64,000 nt of DNA from an uncultured Gemmatimonadales bacterium (GCA_963707505.1 CAVPQB010000006.1:352001-416000), one strand, 5' to 3'. Shown: positions 40,032 to 50,415, numbered from the stretch's first letter. Notes: generated by a model not told the origin, from the sequence alone. Translations and numbers: made by a program.

Positions 40032-40904
40032 GTGGCGAAGCAGCAGGGCGACAGCTGTACTGGCGCTATCGATCGGCGCTCGTTCCTGACTCTCCTGTCG
40101 GGATCGTTGATCGCGACGGCGATGGGAAACCGGGCGTACGGCATGCTTCCAGCGCGCAGGCTTGGCAGGATCGGGGTGCAGCTCTACACGATTCGCGACG
40201 CGCTGACCAACGATCTGGACGGATCACTCGCGCGCGTTGCGGCGATCGGGTATCAGGAGGTCGAGCTGGCCGGATATCGCTCGCACAGTGTCGCCGAGTT
40301 CAGGGCCGCGCTGGATCGGCACGGGCTTGCGGCGCCGTCGACGCATATCGCGATGGAGCGCGTTCGCGACGAGTTACCCAAGGTGCTCGATGAGGCACAC
40401 CAGCTTGGCCACGAGTTCGTCATCTGTCCGAACATTTCGGACGAGAAGGCGGGGCTGGATGGTTACCGGAAGGCCGCCGACGTGCTCAATCACGCAGGCG
40501 AGATCGCCGGGCGGTCGGGGATCAGCATCGGGTATCACAACCACGAGTCGGAGCTGGCGCCGATCGGTGGCGTGCGTCCTTACGACGTAATGCTGGACAG
40601 GACCGATCCCAAGCTGGTCGCGATGGAGATGGATATCTTCTGGCTCGTGAAGGGCGGGGGTGATCCGCTGGCGTACTTCAGGAAGTATCCGGGCCGCTTC
40701 AGGATGGTGCACGTGAAGGACATGGACGGCAGTCCTGCGAAAACGATGGTGGATGTGGGGAAGGGCGTGATCGATTGGAAGGGTATCTTCGCGCAGTCGC
40801 GAGAGGCTGGAATCGAGCACTACTTCGTGGAGCACGACGATGCCAGGGATCCGTTCGCGAGCATCGCGGCGAGCTACGCGTATTTACGGCAACTGGAGTT
40901 CTGA
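40032..40904 (+). CDS. Tat-exported sugar phosphate isomerase/epimerase-family (xylose isomerase-like TIM barrel) protein
   Basis: DRRSFL twin-arginine; GVQLYTIR, YHNHE, EMDIFW, HVKD, FVEHD. Confidence 0.9.
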   Translation: MAKQQGDSCTGAIDRRSFLTLLSGSLIATAMGNRAYGMLPARRLGRIGVQLYTIRDALTNDLDGSLARVAAIGYQEVELAGYRSHSVAEFRAALDRHGLAAPSTHIAMERVRDELPKVLDEAHQLGHEFVICPNISDEKAGLDGYRKAADVLNHAGEIAGRSGISIGYHNHESELAPIGGVRPYDVMLDRTDPKLVAMEMDIFWLVKGGGDPLAYFRKYPGRFRMVHVKDMDGSPAKTMVDVGKGVIDWKGIFAQSREAGIEHYFVEHDDARDPFASIAASYAYLRQLEF

Positions 40905-40999
40905 GAGGGGGTTGGCGGATCTGACCGAATTTCGGCACATTAACATCGACGTAGCCACCACAGAAATAGTCACATACTACTGAAGATCAGGATTCGTTC

Positions 41000-42238
41000 A
41001 TGACGGCAACGCGCGCCAAGCTATCGGTGATGATGTTCCTCGAGTACTTCGTTTACGGCGCGTGGTATGTGACAGCCGGAACGTATCTGACCGAGACGCT
41101 CAAGTTCAGTGGATCGAGAGTCGGGCTGGCGTACGGGAGCATGGGGATCGCGGCGATGATATCGCCGTTCTTCATCGGCATGATCGCGGATCGGTTCTTC
41201 TCTTCCGAGCGCGTGATGGCGATTCTGCTGATCGTCGGCGCGGCGGTGCTGTATTACGTGTCGACCATCCATGCGTTCGTACCGTTCTATGTGCTGCTCA
41301 TCATCTATGCGCTGACGTTCATGCCGACGCTGGCGCTCGCGAATTCCATAAGCTTCGATCACATCGAAGATCCAGCGCGCGATTTTCCGAAGATTCGAGT
41401 GCTGGGAACGATCGGCTGGATCGTTGCCGGTCTGCTCGTGAGTTTCATGGGGATCGAGTCCACAGCGATTCCGATGAAGATCGCGGCTGGCGCATCGCTG
41501 CTATTCGGTCTGTTCTCCCTGACGCTGCCGCACACGCCACCGCACGCCGCCGGCCAGCCGCTTCGTGCACGCGACGTACTCGGCCTCGACGCGCTGTCGT
41601 TGTTCAAGGACAAGTCGTTCACGGTCTTCGTTGTGGGATCGTTCCTGCTCGTGATTCCGCTGCAGTTCTACTACACGTTCACGAACGCATTCCTGAACGA
41701 AGCCGGAATGGCGAGAGCTGCGGCCAAGATGACGATGGGCCAGGGGTCGGAGCTCTTCTTCATGCTGCTGCTGCCGTGGTTTCTTACACGCCTCGGAATC
41801 AAGCGCATCATGCTGCTCGGCATGGCTGCGTGGGCAATCCGCTACGCATTCTTCGCCTTCGGAAACGTTGGACCGACTGTGTGGATGCTGTACGCCGGTA
41901 TTCTGGTACACGGTGTGTGCTACGATTTCTTCTTCGTGAGTGGACAGATCTACGTCGATCAGCAGGCGACTCTCAAAATTCGCGCGGCGGCGCAGGGATT
42001 GATTGCGTTCGTTACACTCGGTATCGGCAACGTGATCGGATCATGGCTGTCAGGACTCGTAGTGCAGGCGTATCAGACCGTTGGCGCGAACGGAGTGATC
42101 ACGCATGACTGGAGATCGATCTGGTTGATTCCAGCGATTGGATCGGCGGTGATCTTCGTGATATTCCTGTTCTGGTTCAAACCGAGTGTAGCGGCGAAGC
42201 CACCGGCGGATGAGATGGAGATGCCGATCGCGGCATAG
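41000..42238 (+). CDS. MFS nucleoside:H+ symporter family permease (NupG/YegT-like)
   Basis: LSVMMFLEYFVYGAW, ADRFFSSE, FPKIRVLGTIGW, HGVCYDFFFV. Confidence 0.92.
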   Translation: MTATRAKLSVMMFLEYFVYGAWYVTAGTYLTETLKFSGSRVGLAYGSMGIAAMISPFFIGMIADRFFSSERVMAILLIVGAAVLYYVSTIHAFVPFYVLLIIYALTFMPTLALANSISFDHIEDPARDFPKIRVLGTIGWIVAGLLVSFMGIESTAIPMKIAAGASLLFGLFSLTLPHTPPHAAGQPLRARDVLGLDALSLFKDKSFTVFVVGSFLLVIPLQFYYTFTNAFLNEAGMARAAAKMTMGQGSELFFMLLLPWFLTRLGIKRIMLLGMAAWAIRYAFFAFGNVGPTVWMLYAGILVHGVCYDFFFVSGQIYVDQQATLKIRAAAQGLIAFVTLGIGNVIGSWLSGLVVQAYQTVGANGVITHDWRSIWLIPAIGSAVIFVIFLFWFKPSVAAKPPADEMEMPIAA

Positions 42239-42269
42239 GGAATCTTGGGGATCTGCGATCCTCCGGAAA

Positions 42270-42299
42270 TCGTCATTCCCGCGAAAGCGGGAATGACGA
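42270..42299. repeat. Family-A perfect hairpin between convergent genes (possible bidirectional terminator)
   Basis: TCGTCATTCCCGC-GAAA-GCGGGAATGACGA, a 13-bp stem containing ATTCCC-N8-GGGAAT. Confidence 0.85.
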
Positions 42300-42326
42300 G
42301 TCTCTGTGAGGTCTACCAGGTTCCGT

Positions 42327-43566
42327 TTACCCCTTCCACTTCCCGCGTGCAACCGCGGGTCGGAAGTCCTCGATCCCCTTCGCGGGCAGCTCGATCGTCC
42401 TTCCTTCTTCCGCACTGCGATATGCGGACATCAACAGCTTCACTACTTCGAGTCCGTCGTCGAACGTCAACAATGGCGTTTCACCGCGGAGAAATGCGCG
42501 CACGAAATGGCGGTTCTCGGCTTCGTAGCCGTACGCGGCGGCTTCGTTCGCCACGACCGGCATCAATCCCATCTCGGCGTTCTGCTTCTCGACCAGATCC
42601 TCGCCTGCCTTGCCGCTCACCTCGCGGCTGAAGAACAGCTTGAGACCGCTGTCGAGTGTGTTCCATGACATCGAGTATTCAGGGCCGAGCAATTCGGCGG
42701 AGAGACGAAGTCCCGCGCCGACGAAGCTCCATGACGTGGTCGCCTCGCCGATCACTCGCGTTCCGTCGCTCGCCTCGAACTCGATCGTCGCACCGGCGAA
42801 ATCCTCGGATGGATGCTTGCTGTAGTCGACATCCTTCCCCATCGTTTTGCGCAGACGCTTCGCGTACTCCGGCCGCTCCACTTGAGACTCGCGATGTGGC
42901 CGTTGATGGACACAGGCGTAAGCGAGTTGCGTGGCTCGCCGGGCTTGGTGAGCAGATAACGCACGAGCTCGACAGAGTGACACATCATGTCGTTGAGCAC
43001 ACCACCGCCCTGCAGGTCGCCACGCCAGAACCACGGCATGTGCGGACCACTGTGCTCTTCTGCTGCGCGTGCGAGATATGGACGTCCAGTGGTCGCCGCG
43101 CCGCGCGCCCAGATCAGCGATCGGCCGGTCTCGATCTGCGGGGCGAACAGCTGGTTCTCCAGGTAGCCGTGCATCAATCCAACGCGCTCGACGAGCTCGA
43201 GGACCTTTGTGGCTTCGGCGACGTTGCGGGCGAGTGGCTTTTCGCATGCGATTGCCTTGAGAGTTCCCCTGCCACTCTCAATCGCGTCGACGATTTCCTT
43301 GACGTTCTCGATGCGCGAGAGGTTGGGGCCGAGCAGCCAGATCGCGTCGATCGCGGGATCGGCGACCATGTCGGCGATGGAGTCGTACGCGCGCGCATTG
43401 CCGACGTCGAGCGTGCGCGCGAACGCCGCGGTTGCTGCTGCGTTCTCCGGTTCGGGCTCCAGACTCCAAGTACATCCGCGTCGCGCACTCCGACAAACGA
43501 CTGCATGTGGAACCGGGCAATGAAGCCGCTGCCAATGAAGCCGATGCCGAGTTTGTTGCTGCTCAT
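42327..43566 (-). CDS. Gfo/Idh/MocA NAD-dependent oxidoreductase, two apparent frameshifts (~43450, ~42880)
   Basis: GIGFIGSGFIA..H (43174-43773 frame); CEKPL and GGGVLNDMMCH (42752-43369 frame); C-terminal part in the 42327-43247 frame. Confidence 0.85.
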
Positions 43567-43574
43567 TGATTCCT

Positions 43575-44192
43575 CTAACTGTCGTAGCTGACGCCTAACT
43601 GGTGTAGCACTTCCGCCGGGCAGCCGTTCCAGTTCGGATTGAAGACGTTCCCGATGTACCTCACGTCCTTCCATCCCATCTGGGATGAGAAGAAGCCCGA
43701 CGCAGTGAGATCGCGAAAGCTGTTGAAGAACGCGACGCCGTGGCTCAGCTCTGGCCGGGCCTTTTCGGGCCATGCGATATCATCGAGTACCTGACGACGT
43801 TGCGCGTCTGTGCACTTCACAAAATCGGCGTTGAACCGTGTGCGACATTCCGTATCGAGCCACGCAAGTCCGCCGCGCATCTCGACGCGATTCATCTCGG
43901 TTGCCTCGCCGAGCATGTAGTCCATGAATTCCGGGACGCGCGCATCGGTAGCGCTGCCCGAGCGTTCGTCGCGCGGAATGATCAGGTCGACGAGGATCCG
44001 CACGGTCGCGTTTTCGTGCGCTGTAAAGAACTTGCGCCTGACCTCAGGTGCCTCGGCGTCATCCTGCTGCAGCACGTGCGTGGCCCGACTGATTGCTTCG
44101 GGCGTCCAGTGCAACGCACCGGTGAGAGGGACAGCGCCGAGCAGCTTGAGTGCGTCTCGGCGGCTCATTCCGTTGTTCTTGTCGTCGCTCAT
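43575..44192 (-). CDS. Gluconate 2-dehydrogenase subunit 3 family protein (Tat)
   Basis: SRRDALK twin-arginine; DLIIP..E.SGSA..A.VPEFMD, GFFSS..GWKD..YIGN. Confidence 0.9.
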   Translation of the reverse strand: MSDDKNNGMSRRDALKLLGAVPLTGALHWTPEAISRATHVLQQDDAEAPEVRRKFFTAHENATVRILVDLIIPRDERSGSATDARVPEFMDYMLGEATEMNRVEMRGGLAWLDTECRTRFNADFVKCTDAQRRQVLDDIAWPEKARPELSHGVAFFNSFRDLTASGFFSSQMGWKDVRYIGNVFNPNWNGCPAEVLHQLGVSYDS

Positions 44193-45884
44193 AGTGCCCC
44201 CGCCTTGCGTTGTTGCGTTATGTAGTCACTCGTGCGCCATGCGAGCGCGAGAATCGTCCACGTGGGATTCTTGTCTGCCTGCGATACGAACGGGCCGCCA
44301 TCGGCGACGAAGAGATTCTTCACATCGTGCGCCTGACAATTCTTGTTGAGCACCGACTTGCCGGGGTCATCGCCCATGCGCGTGCCGCCCAGCTCGTGGA
44401 TGATCGTGCCCCCGGTCGCAAGGCCGTAGTCCTTTTCACGTGTCGGCATTGGCGAGAATACCTCGCCGCCCATCTCGGCGACGATCGAGCGGAAGGTCTC
44501 CTGCATGTGCTTCGCCTGATTGTATCTCGTGGTCGCTCCACTTCCAGTGAAAGCGGAGCACTGGAATGCCGTACCTGTCCACAACCTTCGGATCGAGCTC
44601 GCAGTAGCAGTCATCGTTTGGAATCATCTCGCCACGTCCGGCGAATCCAACACTGGCGCCGAAGTAGCGACGATAGTCGTCCTTCAGTGATTTTCCGTAG
44701 CCGCCAGCATTGGGGTAGCGCTGAATGCCGCCCATGAATCCGTACGCCGGAGCATCGAAACCGCCGCCGACCTCGATGTGATATCCGCGCGGGAAGTCGA
44801 GCTTCTTGTTGTCCTTCGACCACGGCATGTAGATGTGATTGCCGCCAGATCCGTCCTCGTTGTGCGGCATGTGGTTCACCATCCTGGGAATGAAGCCGTT
44901 GAGTCCGACCCCGGTGGTATCGGTGATGTACTTGCCGACGATACCGCTGGAGTTCGCGAGACCGTGCGGAAAGAGCGCCGACTTGGAGTTGAGCATGAGT
45001 CGCGCCGATTCGAACGCGCTCGCAGCGAGTACCACTACGCGCGCGCGAACATGTTGCTCGGTCCCATCGCTCGTTTTGATGTAGGTGACGCCGGTCGCGA
45101 CTCCGTTCTTGTCGATCGTGACTTCGCGCGCCATCGCATTCGTGATGAGCGTGAGCTTGCCCGTGTCGAGCGCAGGTTCGATCAGAACGTCGGGGCTCGA
45201 GAAGTTCGAGTTTGTCTGGCAGCCGCGACCGCACTGTCCGCAGTAGTGACAGGCCATCCGGCCGTTGAGTGGACGCGTCAGAATTGAAAGGCGTCCGGGA
45301 ATGCAGGTGATGTTCAGCTTGTCGCACGCCTGCTTGATCATCAGCTCGTAACAGCGCGGCTTGGGTGCGGGCTGAAAGATTCCGTCCGGATTGTTGTGCA
45401 ACCCTTCGTTGCTGCCGAAGATGCCGATGAGCTTGTCGATCTCGTCGTAGTACGGCTTGATGTCGTCGTAGCCGATCGGCCAGTCGTCGCCGAGTCCGTC
45501 GATGGTCTTGCCGCGGAAGTCGTCGGGGCCGAATCGGAGCGAGATGCGGCCCCAGTGGTTTGTGCGGCCGCCGAGCATCCGGGCGCGCCACCAGGAGAAC
45601 TTGGTGCCCGGCGCGGTGGTGTAGGGCTCGCCCTCGATGTCCCAGCCACCGATACAGCCATCGAACTCACCAAACGGCTTTTCGCGCGAGCCTGCCCCGC
45701 GGCGCGGTGAAGCATAGGCCGGCACGAGCATCTTGGAATCGCGAGTGCTGTACCATTCAGGCCCCGCTTCGAGAAGCACGACGTTCGCGCCGGCCTTGGT
45801 GAGAACGTAGGCGGCCATTCCACCGCCAGCGCCTGAGCCTACTATGCATACGTCGTACTCGGGCCGCTGTGAGAGCTGGGACAT
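44189..45884 (-). CDS. GMC family flavin oxidoreductase (glycoside 3-dehydrogenase-like), one apparent frameshift (~44525)
   Basis: VGSGAGGG, LGGRTNHWGR, CHYCGQCGRGC Fe-S motif; HELGGTRMG and KNPTWTILALA in the shifted frame. Confidence 0.88.
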
Positions 45885-46049
45885 CCATTCCTCCAACTGG
45901 AAATCGTGCGAAATTCTGGCGAGCTACAGTGTGCGGGCGCGAAGATAGTGCGCGCGCGGGGCACTCGCAACGCTACGGGATCGTACAGACCACTGGCGCG
46001 ACAGGTGCAGGAGAGCGAACCTTTCCCAGTTGACGATAACTCCACCGAC

Positions 46050-47192
46050 ATGTCATTCGAAATAGCGAAGGAATTTCCCTGGGCCGGCACCGGCACGACC
46101 TATCTCAACGCTGCGGCGACCGGCCCGCTGCCTGCGCGCACCGTCAGCGAGCTGGATCGCTGGACTCGACTTCGCGCGGAGCCGTGGAGGATCGCGCTGG
46201 ATGAACAGTTTGCTGCGCTGGCGAAAGCCCGCGAGCTGTGCTCCGGTCTGGTTGGCGCCGACAGCGATGAGATCGCGCTGGTTCCCAATACGAGCACGGG
46301 ACTCAATATCGCGGCGCAGGTGCTTCCGATTGCGCGCGACAAGGTGATACTGGGATACGACGGTGAGTTTCCCGCCAACGTATATCCATGGATGGCGATC
46401 CAGCGCAGAGGCGGCGCACGATACGAACAGCTGCGCCTGTTGCCGAGCGGGCTTCCCGATTGGGATGCACTGCCAGCCAGGCTCGATCGTGGTGACGTTG
46501 CAGTTCTCGCGATATCGTGGGTGTCGTTCGTATCCGGCGACCGCGCCGACCTGGCGGCCATTGGAACGATGTGCCGCGACCGCAAGATATGGTTCGTCGT
46601 CGATGCAATTCAGGGTGTGGGGACCACGTTGCTGGACGTGCATGCGTGCCACGTCGACGTGCTCTCGTGTGGCGCGCAGAAGTGGCTGCTTTCTCCCTGG
46701 GGATCGGGATTCTGCTACGTACGGCGGGAGTTGATTCAGATGCTCGAGCCCCGCACTGTAGGCTGGCTCAGTGTGCGTGGCGCAGAGGATTTCTCGCACA
46801 TGCTGGAGTACGATCTCACATATGCGGACGATGCCCGCAGGTTCGAGGTCGCAACGATTCCATATCAGGACATGGTCGGAATGGATTCGAGCCTCGAGCT
46901 GCTGTACGAGATCGGCCTCGACGCAGTGGCGTCGCGGATCCATTCGCTGGCTGGCAGACTCGTCGAAGGGATATCGACGATACCAACTCTGTCGCTCGTG
47001 ACGCCGCGCGACGCGAGCCGCCGAGCGGGAATAGTGTCGTTCATGGTGAAAGACGCCGACACGATTTCACGAAGGTTGAACGATAACGACGTATCACACT
47101 CCATTCGTGGCGGCGGCGTGATTCGACTTGCTCCACACATCTACAATACCGAGCAGCAAATCGATAGAGTACTGGCGCTGCTGAATGGGTAG
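46050..47192 (+). CDS. Aminotransferase class V PLP-dependent enzyme
   Basis: YLNAAATGP, NTSTG, VDAIQGVG, AQKWLL.PWG, RLAPHIYN; no obvious desulfurase Cys loop. Confidence 0.88.
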   Translation: MSFEIAKEFPWAGTGTTYLNAAATGPLPARTVSELDRWTRLRAEPWRIALDEQFAALAKARELCSGLVGADSDEIALVPNTSTGLNIAAQVLPIARDKVILGYDGEFPANVYPWMAIQRRGGARYEQLRLLPSGLPDWDALPARLDRGDVAVLAISWVSFVSGDRADLAAIGTMCRDRKIWFVVDAIQGVGTTLLDVHACHVDVLSCGAQKWLLSPWGSGFCYVRRELIQMLEPRTVGWLSVRGAEDFSHMLEYDLTYADDARRFEVATIPYQDMVGMDSSLELLYEIGLDAVASRIHSLAGRLVEGISTIPTLSLVTPRDASRRAGIVSFMVKDADTISRRLNDNDVSHSIRGGGVIRLAPHIYNTEQQIDRVLALLNG

Positions 47193-48561
47193 CGGACCGA
47201 CGAGCACCATCGTGAACGACCGCTCGATTCCAAAGATCGGAGTGTTCGACGCGACCATGCTCGTCATGGGCGGCATCGTCGGGGCTGGGATCTTCAGCAA
47301 TCCCGCCGTCGTCGCGAACATGGTGCACAGTGGCGTGCTCATGATGATCGTGTGGACGATCGGCGGCGTCATAGCACTGACCGGTGCGTTCGTGTACGCC
47401 GAGCTCGCGGCACGCCATCCCGCGCGCGGCGGGCACTACGCGTACATGCGGGATGCGTTTCATCCCGCGATCGCGTTCATGTTTGGCTGGGCGATACTGC
47501 TCGTCGTGCAGACCGGTGGGATCGCTGCCGTATCGGTGATATTCGCGCGCTATTTTCTCGCAGTTGTTCCGCTGCCGATATCCGAGACGATGGTTGCGGT
47601 GCTGGCGCTCGCGCTGTTGACCGGAATCAATTGCGCCAACCTGCGTGCAGGCAACAAGACGCAGAGTCTGTTCATGATTCTGAAGGTCGTCGCCATAGTT
47701 GCGATAATCGGATGCGGTGTCGCCATAATGGCGCACGGAACAGGCTCGGATTCCATGAGCGGAACAATGCCGGTGCACCCGTTCAGTGCGCTTGCGGCTG
47801 CATTTACGCCGGTGATGTTCGCGTATGGTGGATGGCAAACCGCGAGCTTCGCAGCTGCTGACATGCGCGATCCCGCACGCGACCTGTCGCGCGCAATGCT
47901 CTACGGCGTGCTCGGAGTCGTGGCACTCTATCTGGCGGTGAATGCAGTATTTCTCCTCGCACTCGGCGCCGACGGGCTCGCGAGCACGGTGACGCCAGCC
48001 GCAGCGGTCGTCGATCACGTCTCGAGTCGGATGCACATCGGCGCCGAAGTGATGGCTGGCTGTATCGCGCTGTCGACGTTCGGCTTCCTGAGCCAGGGGA
48101 TGTTCGCGACACCGCGCGTGTATCAGGCGATGGCAGCCGACGGATTGTTCTTCAAGGCGATCGCGCGTATCTCACCACGATCGCACACGCCGACCGTCGC
48201 GATAGCGCTTCAGGGGACACTGTGCGCTATAGTCGCCGCGTCGGGAAGCTATGAATCCATCATGAGCTACGTGACTTCGGTGGACTTCATCTTCTACGGA
48301 TTGGCGGCGCTCGCGCTGTTCGTATTTCGGGCGCGTGATCGTGAGCGTACGAGCGTGGTGGGGTACACTGTGCCGGGCCACCCGTGGACCACGGCATTCT
48401 TCATGATCGCGAGCTGGATAGTGGTGGGGACGACGATCTACAGCGATCCCAAGCACAGCCTCATCGGAATTGCCGCGTTGTCCCTGGGCGTGCCGACGTA
48501 CTTCATCTGGATGCGATTGAGGAAGGCAGATCCGTCGATCGCGGTCGAGGCGCTGGATTAG
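47185..48561 (+). CDS. APC-family amino acid permease
   Basis: GGIVGAGIF, YAELAA, FAYGGW, PRVYQAMA.DG; overlaps the upstream gene. Confidence 0.92.
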   Translation: MGSGPTSTIVNDRSIPKIGVFDATMLVMGGIVGAGIFSNPAVVANMVHSGVLMMIVWTIGGVIALTGAFVYAELAARHPARGGHYAYMRDAFHPAIAFMFGWAILLVVQTGGIAAVSVIFARYFLAVVPLPISETMVAVLALALLTGINCANLRAGNKTQSLFMILKVVAIVAIIGCGVAIMAHGTGSDSMSGTMPVHPFSALAAAFTPVMFAYGGWQTASFAAADMRDPARDLSRAMLYGVLGVVALYLAVNAVFLLALGADGLASTVTPAAAVVDHVSSRMHIGAEVMAGCIALSTFGFLSQGMFATPRVYQAMAADGLFFKAIARISPRSHTPTVAIALQGTLCAIVAASGSYESIMSYVTSVDFIFYGLAALALFVFRARDRERTSVVGYTVPGHPWTTAFFMIASWIVVGTTIYSDPKHSLIGIAALSLGVPTYFIWMRLRKADPSIAVEALD

Positions 48562-48564
48562 CCG

Positions 48565-48586
48565 GGGCGCGGATGCATCCGCGCCC
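48565..48586. repeat. Perfect 22-bp palindrome related to the family-B REP core
   Basis: GGGCGCGGATGCATCCGCGCCC between convergent genes. Confidence 0.8.
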
Positions 48587-48597
48587 TGGAGTTGGAA

Positions 48598-49272
48598 TTA
48601 CACGGCGTTATCGCGCTCGTACTTCGCGAGCATCGGCTCCGTTTCCTTGGTGTAGCACGTGGGACAGATGCTGTGGCTGAAGCGCGTGTTCATCCGCTTC
48701 GATATGTAGCTCTCCACCGTCTGCCAGTAGTAGTCGTCATCGCGAATCTTCTTGCAGTACGAGCAGATTGGTACGATCCCCTGCAGTGTGCGGATCTCAG
48801 CGAGCGCCGCCTGCAGCTCGGTCACGAGACGTTCGCGCTCCTCGTCCGCCTGCTTCTTCGCTGTCACGTCGCGCGCTACGGAATAGATCGAGCGGCGTCC
48901 AGTGTCCGGCGCTGCATTCCATAGCAGCCATCGGTAGCTGCCGTCCTTGCAGACGTAGCGGTTCTCGAAGGCGAGCGCGTGCCCACCTGCTCGCACTCTG
49001 GCGTTCTGCTCGAGAGTGCGCGTGCGATCGTCCGGATGCACAAACTCGATGAACGGGCGCGACGTCAGCTCATCGCATGTAAATCCCAGCGTACGCTCCC
49101 AGGCCGGATTGAGCCGCTTGAAGTAGCCGTTGAAGTCCAGGCAACAGAGCATGTCGATCGAAACCTCGAAAAAACGCTCCTCGAGATCGCTGACTGGCTC
49201 TATCTCGTCGTACTCCGGACGTAAACGCTGCGCGACCTGCTCGATCACCTGACCCTCTCCTATCTGATTCAC
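48598..49272 (-). CDS. PAS-domain protein with C-terminal Cys/His motif
   Basis: PAS (NPAWE..LGF, FVHPDD, ENRY.CKDGSYRW, ARDVT), coiled coil, then LQGIVPICSYCKKIRD...W...E.Y...FSHSICPTC. Confidence 0.88.
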   Translation of the reverse strand: MNQIGEGQVIEQVAQRLRPEYDEIEPVSDLEERFFEVSIDMLCCLDFNGYFKRLNPAWERTLGFTCDELTSRPFIEFVHPDDRTRTLEQNARVRAGGHALAFENRYVCKDGSYRWLLWNAAPDTGRRSIYSVARDVTAKKQADEERERLVTELQAALAEIRTLQGIVPICSYCKKIRDDDYYWQTVESYISKRMNTRFSHSICPTCYTKETEPMLAKYERDNAV

Positions 49273-49402
49273 TCTGCGATCAGTGGTTGTGTTATGTGTT
49301 ATAGTCGTGACGCTGGAATCTAGCCAGCGTCACATGCTTGCCATGGGGCGGATGACGCACGTTAGCGTCAGATCGTCTTCAGTTCAAATGCAGGAGCTCC
49401 TT

Positions 49403-50380
49403 ATGATTTGTCCGCGCTCTTTCGTGTCAGCGCTGCTCGCAACTGTGCTCTTGATCGCCTGTGGCGGAAGCGGCACCAGCACAGCCCCGTCAAAGACTGG
49501 CCCAGAGGCGGGTGCGCCCCAGCCTTCTGGCGGCAGTCTGGGCGGTAAACTTGTGTTTCCGGCTGACAACCCCTGGAATCGCGATGTTTCGCACGATCCT
49601 GCAGATCCCGGCTCGGCGGCAATGGTCTCGTCTTGTGGGGCGACCGCTTCACTGCATCCCGACTTTGGCACAGTGTACGACGGGGCACCAAATGGGATCC
49701 CATACATCGTCGTGCACTCCGGCCAGGCCACAGTGCCGGCCACGTTCAACTATGCGTCGGAAAGCGATCCTGGTCCGTATCCGATCCCATTGGATGCGCC
49801 GATCGAGGGTGGATCGGCGTCGACCGGCGATCGACACGTAATTGTCGTGGACGTCGACGCATGGAAGCTCTATGAATTGTACGACGCGCACCCAGGCAGC
49901 TCGTCGTGGACAGCAGGATCAGGTGCGGTCTTCGACCTCAGCTCCGACGCGCTCCGACCTGCTGGATGGACGTCGGCGGACGCAGCCGGCCTGCCGATCT
50001 TTCCCGGCCTGGTTCGCTATGACGAGGTCGTGGCTGGCAACATTGCACACGCGCTCCGCATGACCTGCCCGCACACCAGAAGCGGCTACGTATCGCCGGC
50101 GCGACATCAAGCTGGAAACGGTACCGACCCGTCTCTCCCCCCGATGGGAGCGCGCTTTCGCCTCAGGGCATCCGTGGACATTTCGGGATTCTCGCCGCAG
50201 GTGCAGGTGATTCTCACCGCGATGAAGAAGTACGGACTCTTCCTCGCCGACAATGGCTCACCCTTCTACATCAGCGGCGCACCCGACTCGCGCTGGAATG
50301 ACGACGATCTGCACAACCTGTCCAAGCTTCACGGCAGTGATTTCGAAGTGGTGCAGATGGGACCCGTTTCCGGTCCGTAA
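49403..50380 (+). CDS. Conserved hypothetical lipoprotein
   Basis: AGGAG RBS, lipobox LIAC; FPADNPWN, GIPY, ESDPGPYPIP, GDRH, WTSADAAGLPIFPGL, HALR, MKKYG..LADNGS. Confidence 0.8.
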   Translation: MICPRSFVSALLATVLLIACGGSGTSTAPSKTGPEAGAPQPSGGSLGGKLVFPADNPWNRDVSHDPADPGSAAMVSSCGATASLHPDFGTVYDGAPNGIPYIVVHSGQATVPATFNYASESDPGPYPIPLDAPIEGGSASTGDRHVIVVDVDAWKLYELYDAHPGSSSWTAGSGAVFDLSSDALRPAGWTSADAAGLPIFPGLVRYDEVVAGNIAHALRMTCPHTRSGYVSPARHQAGNGTDPSLPPMGARFRLRASVDISGFSPQVQVILTAMKKYGLFLADNGSPFYISGAPDSRWNDDDLHNLSKLHGSDFEVVQMGPVSGP

Positions 50381-50415
50381 GGACTTCGGAAACGGAATCC
50401 GCAGACATCGACCAG

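Noticed and set aside
42327..45884. Programmed frameshifting in the Gfo and GMC genes
   Set aside because: No slippery heptamers seen at the breaks; single-base insertions explain them.
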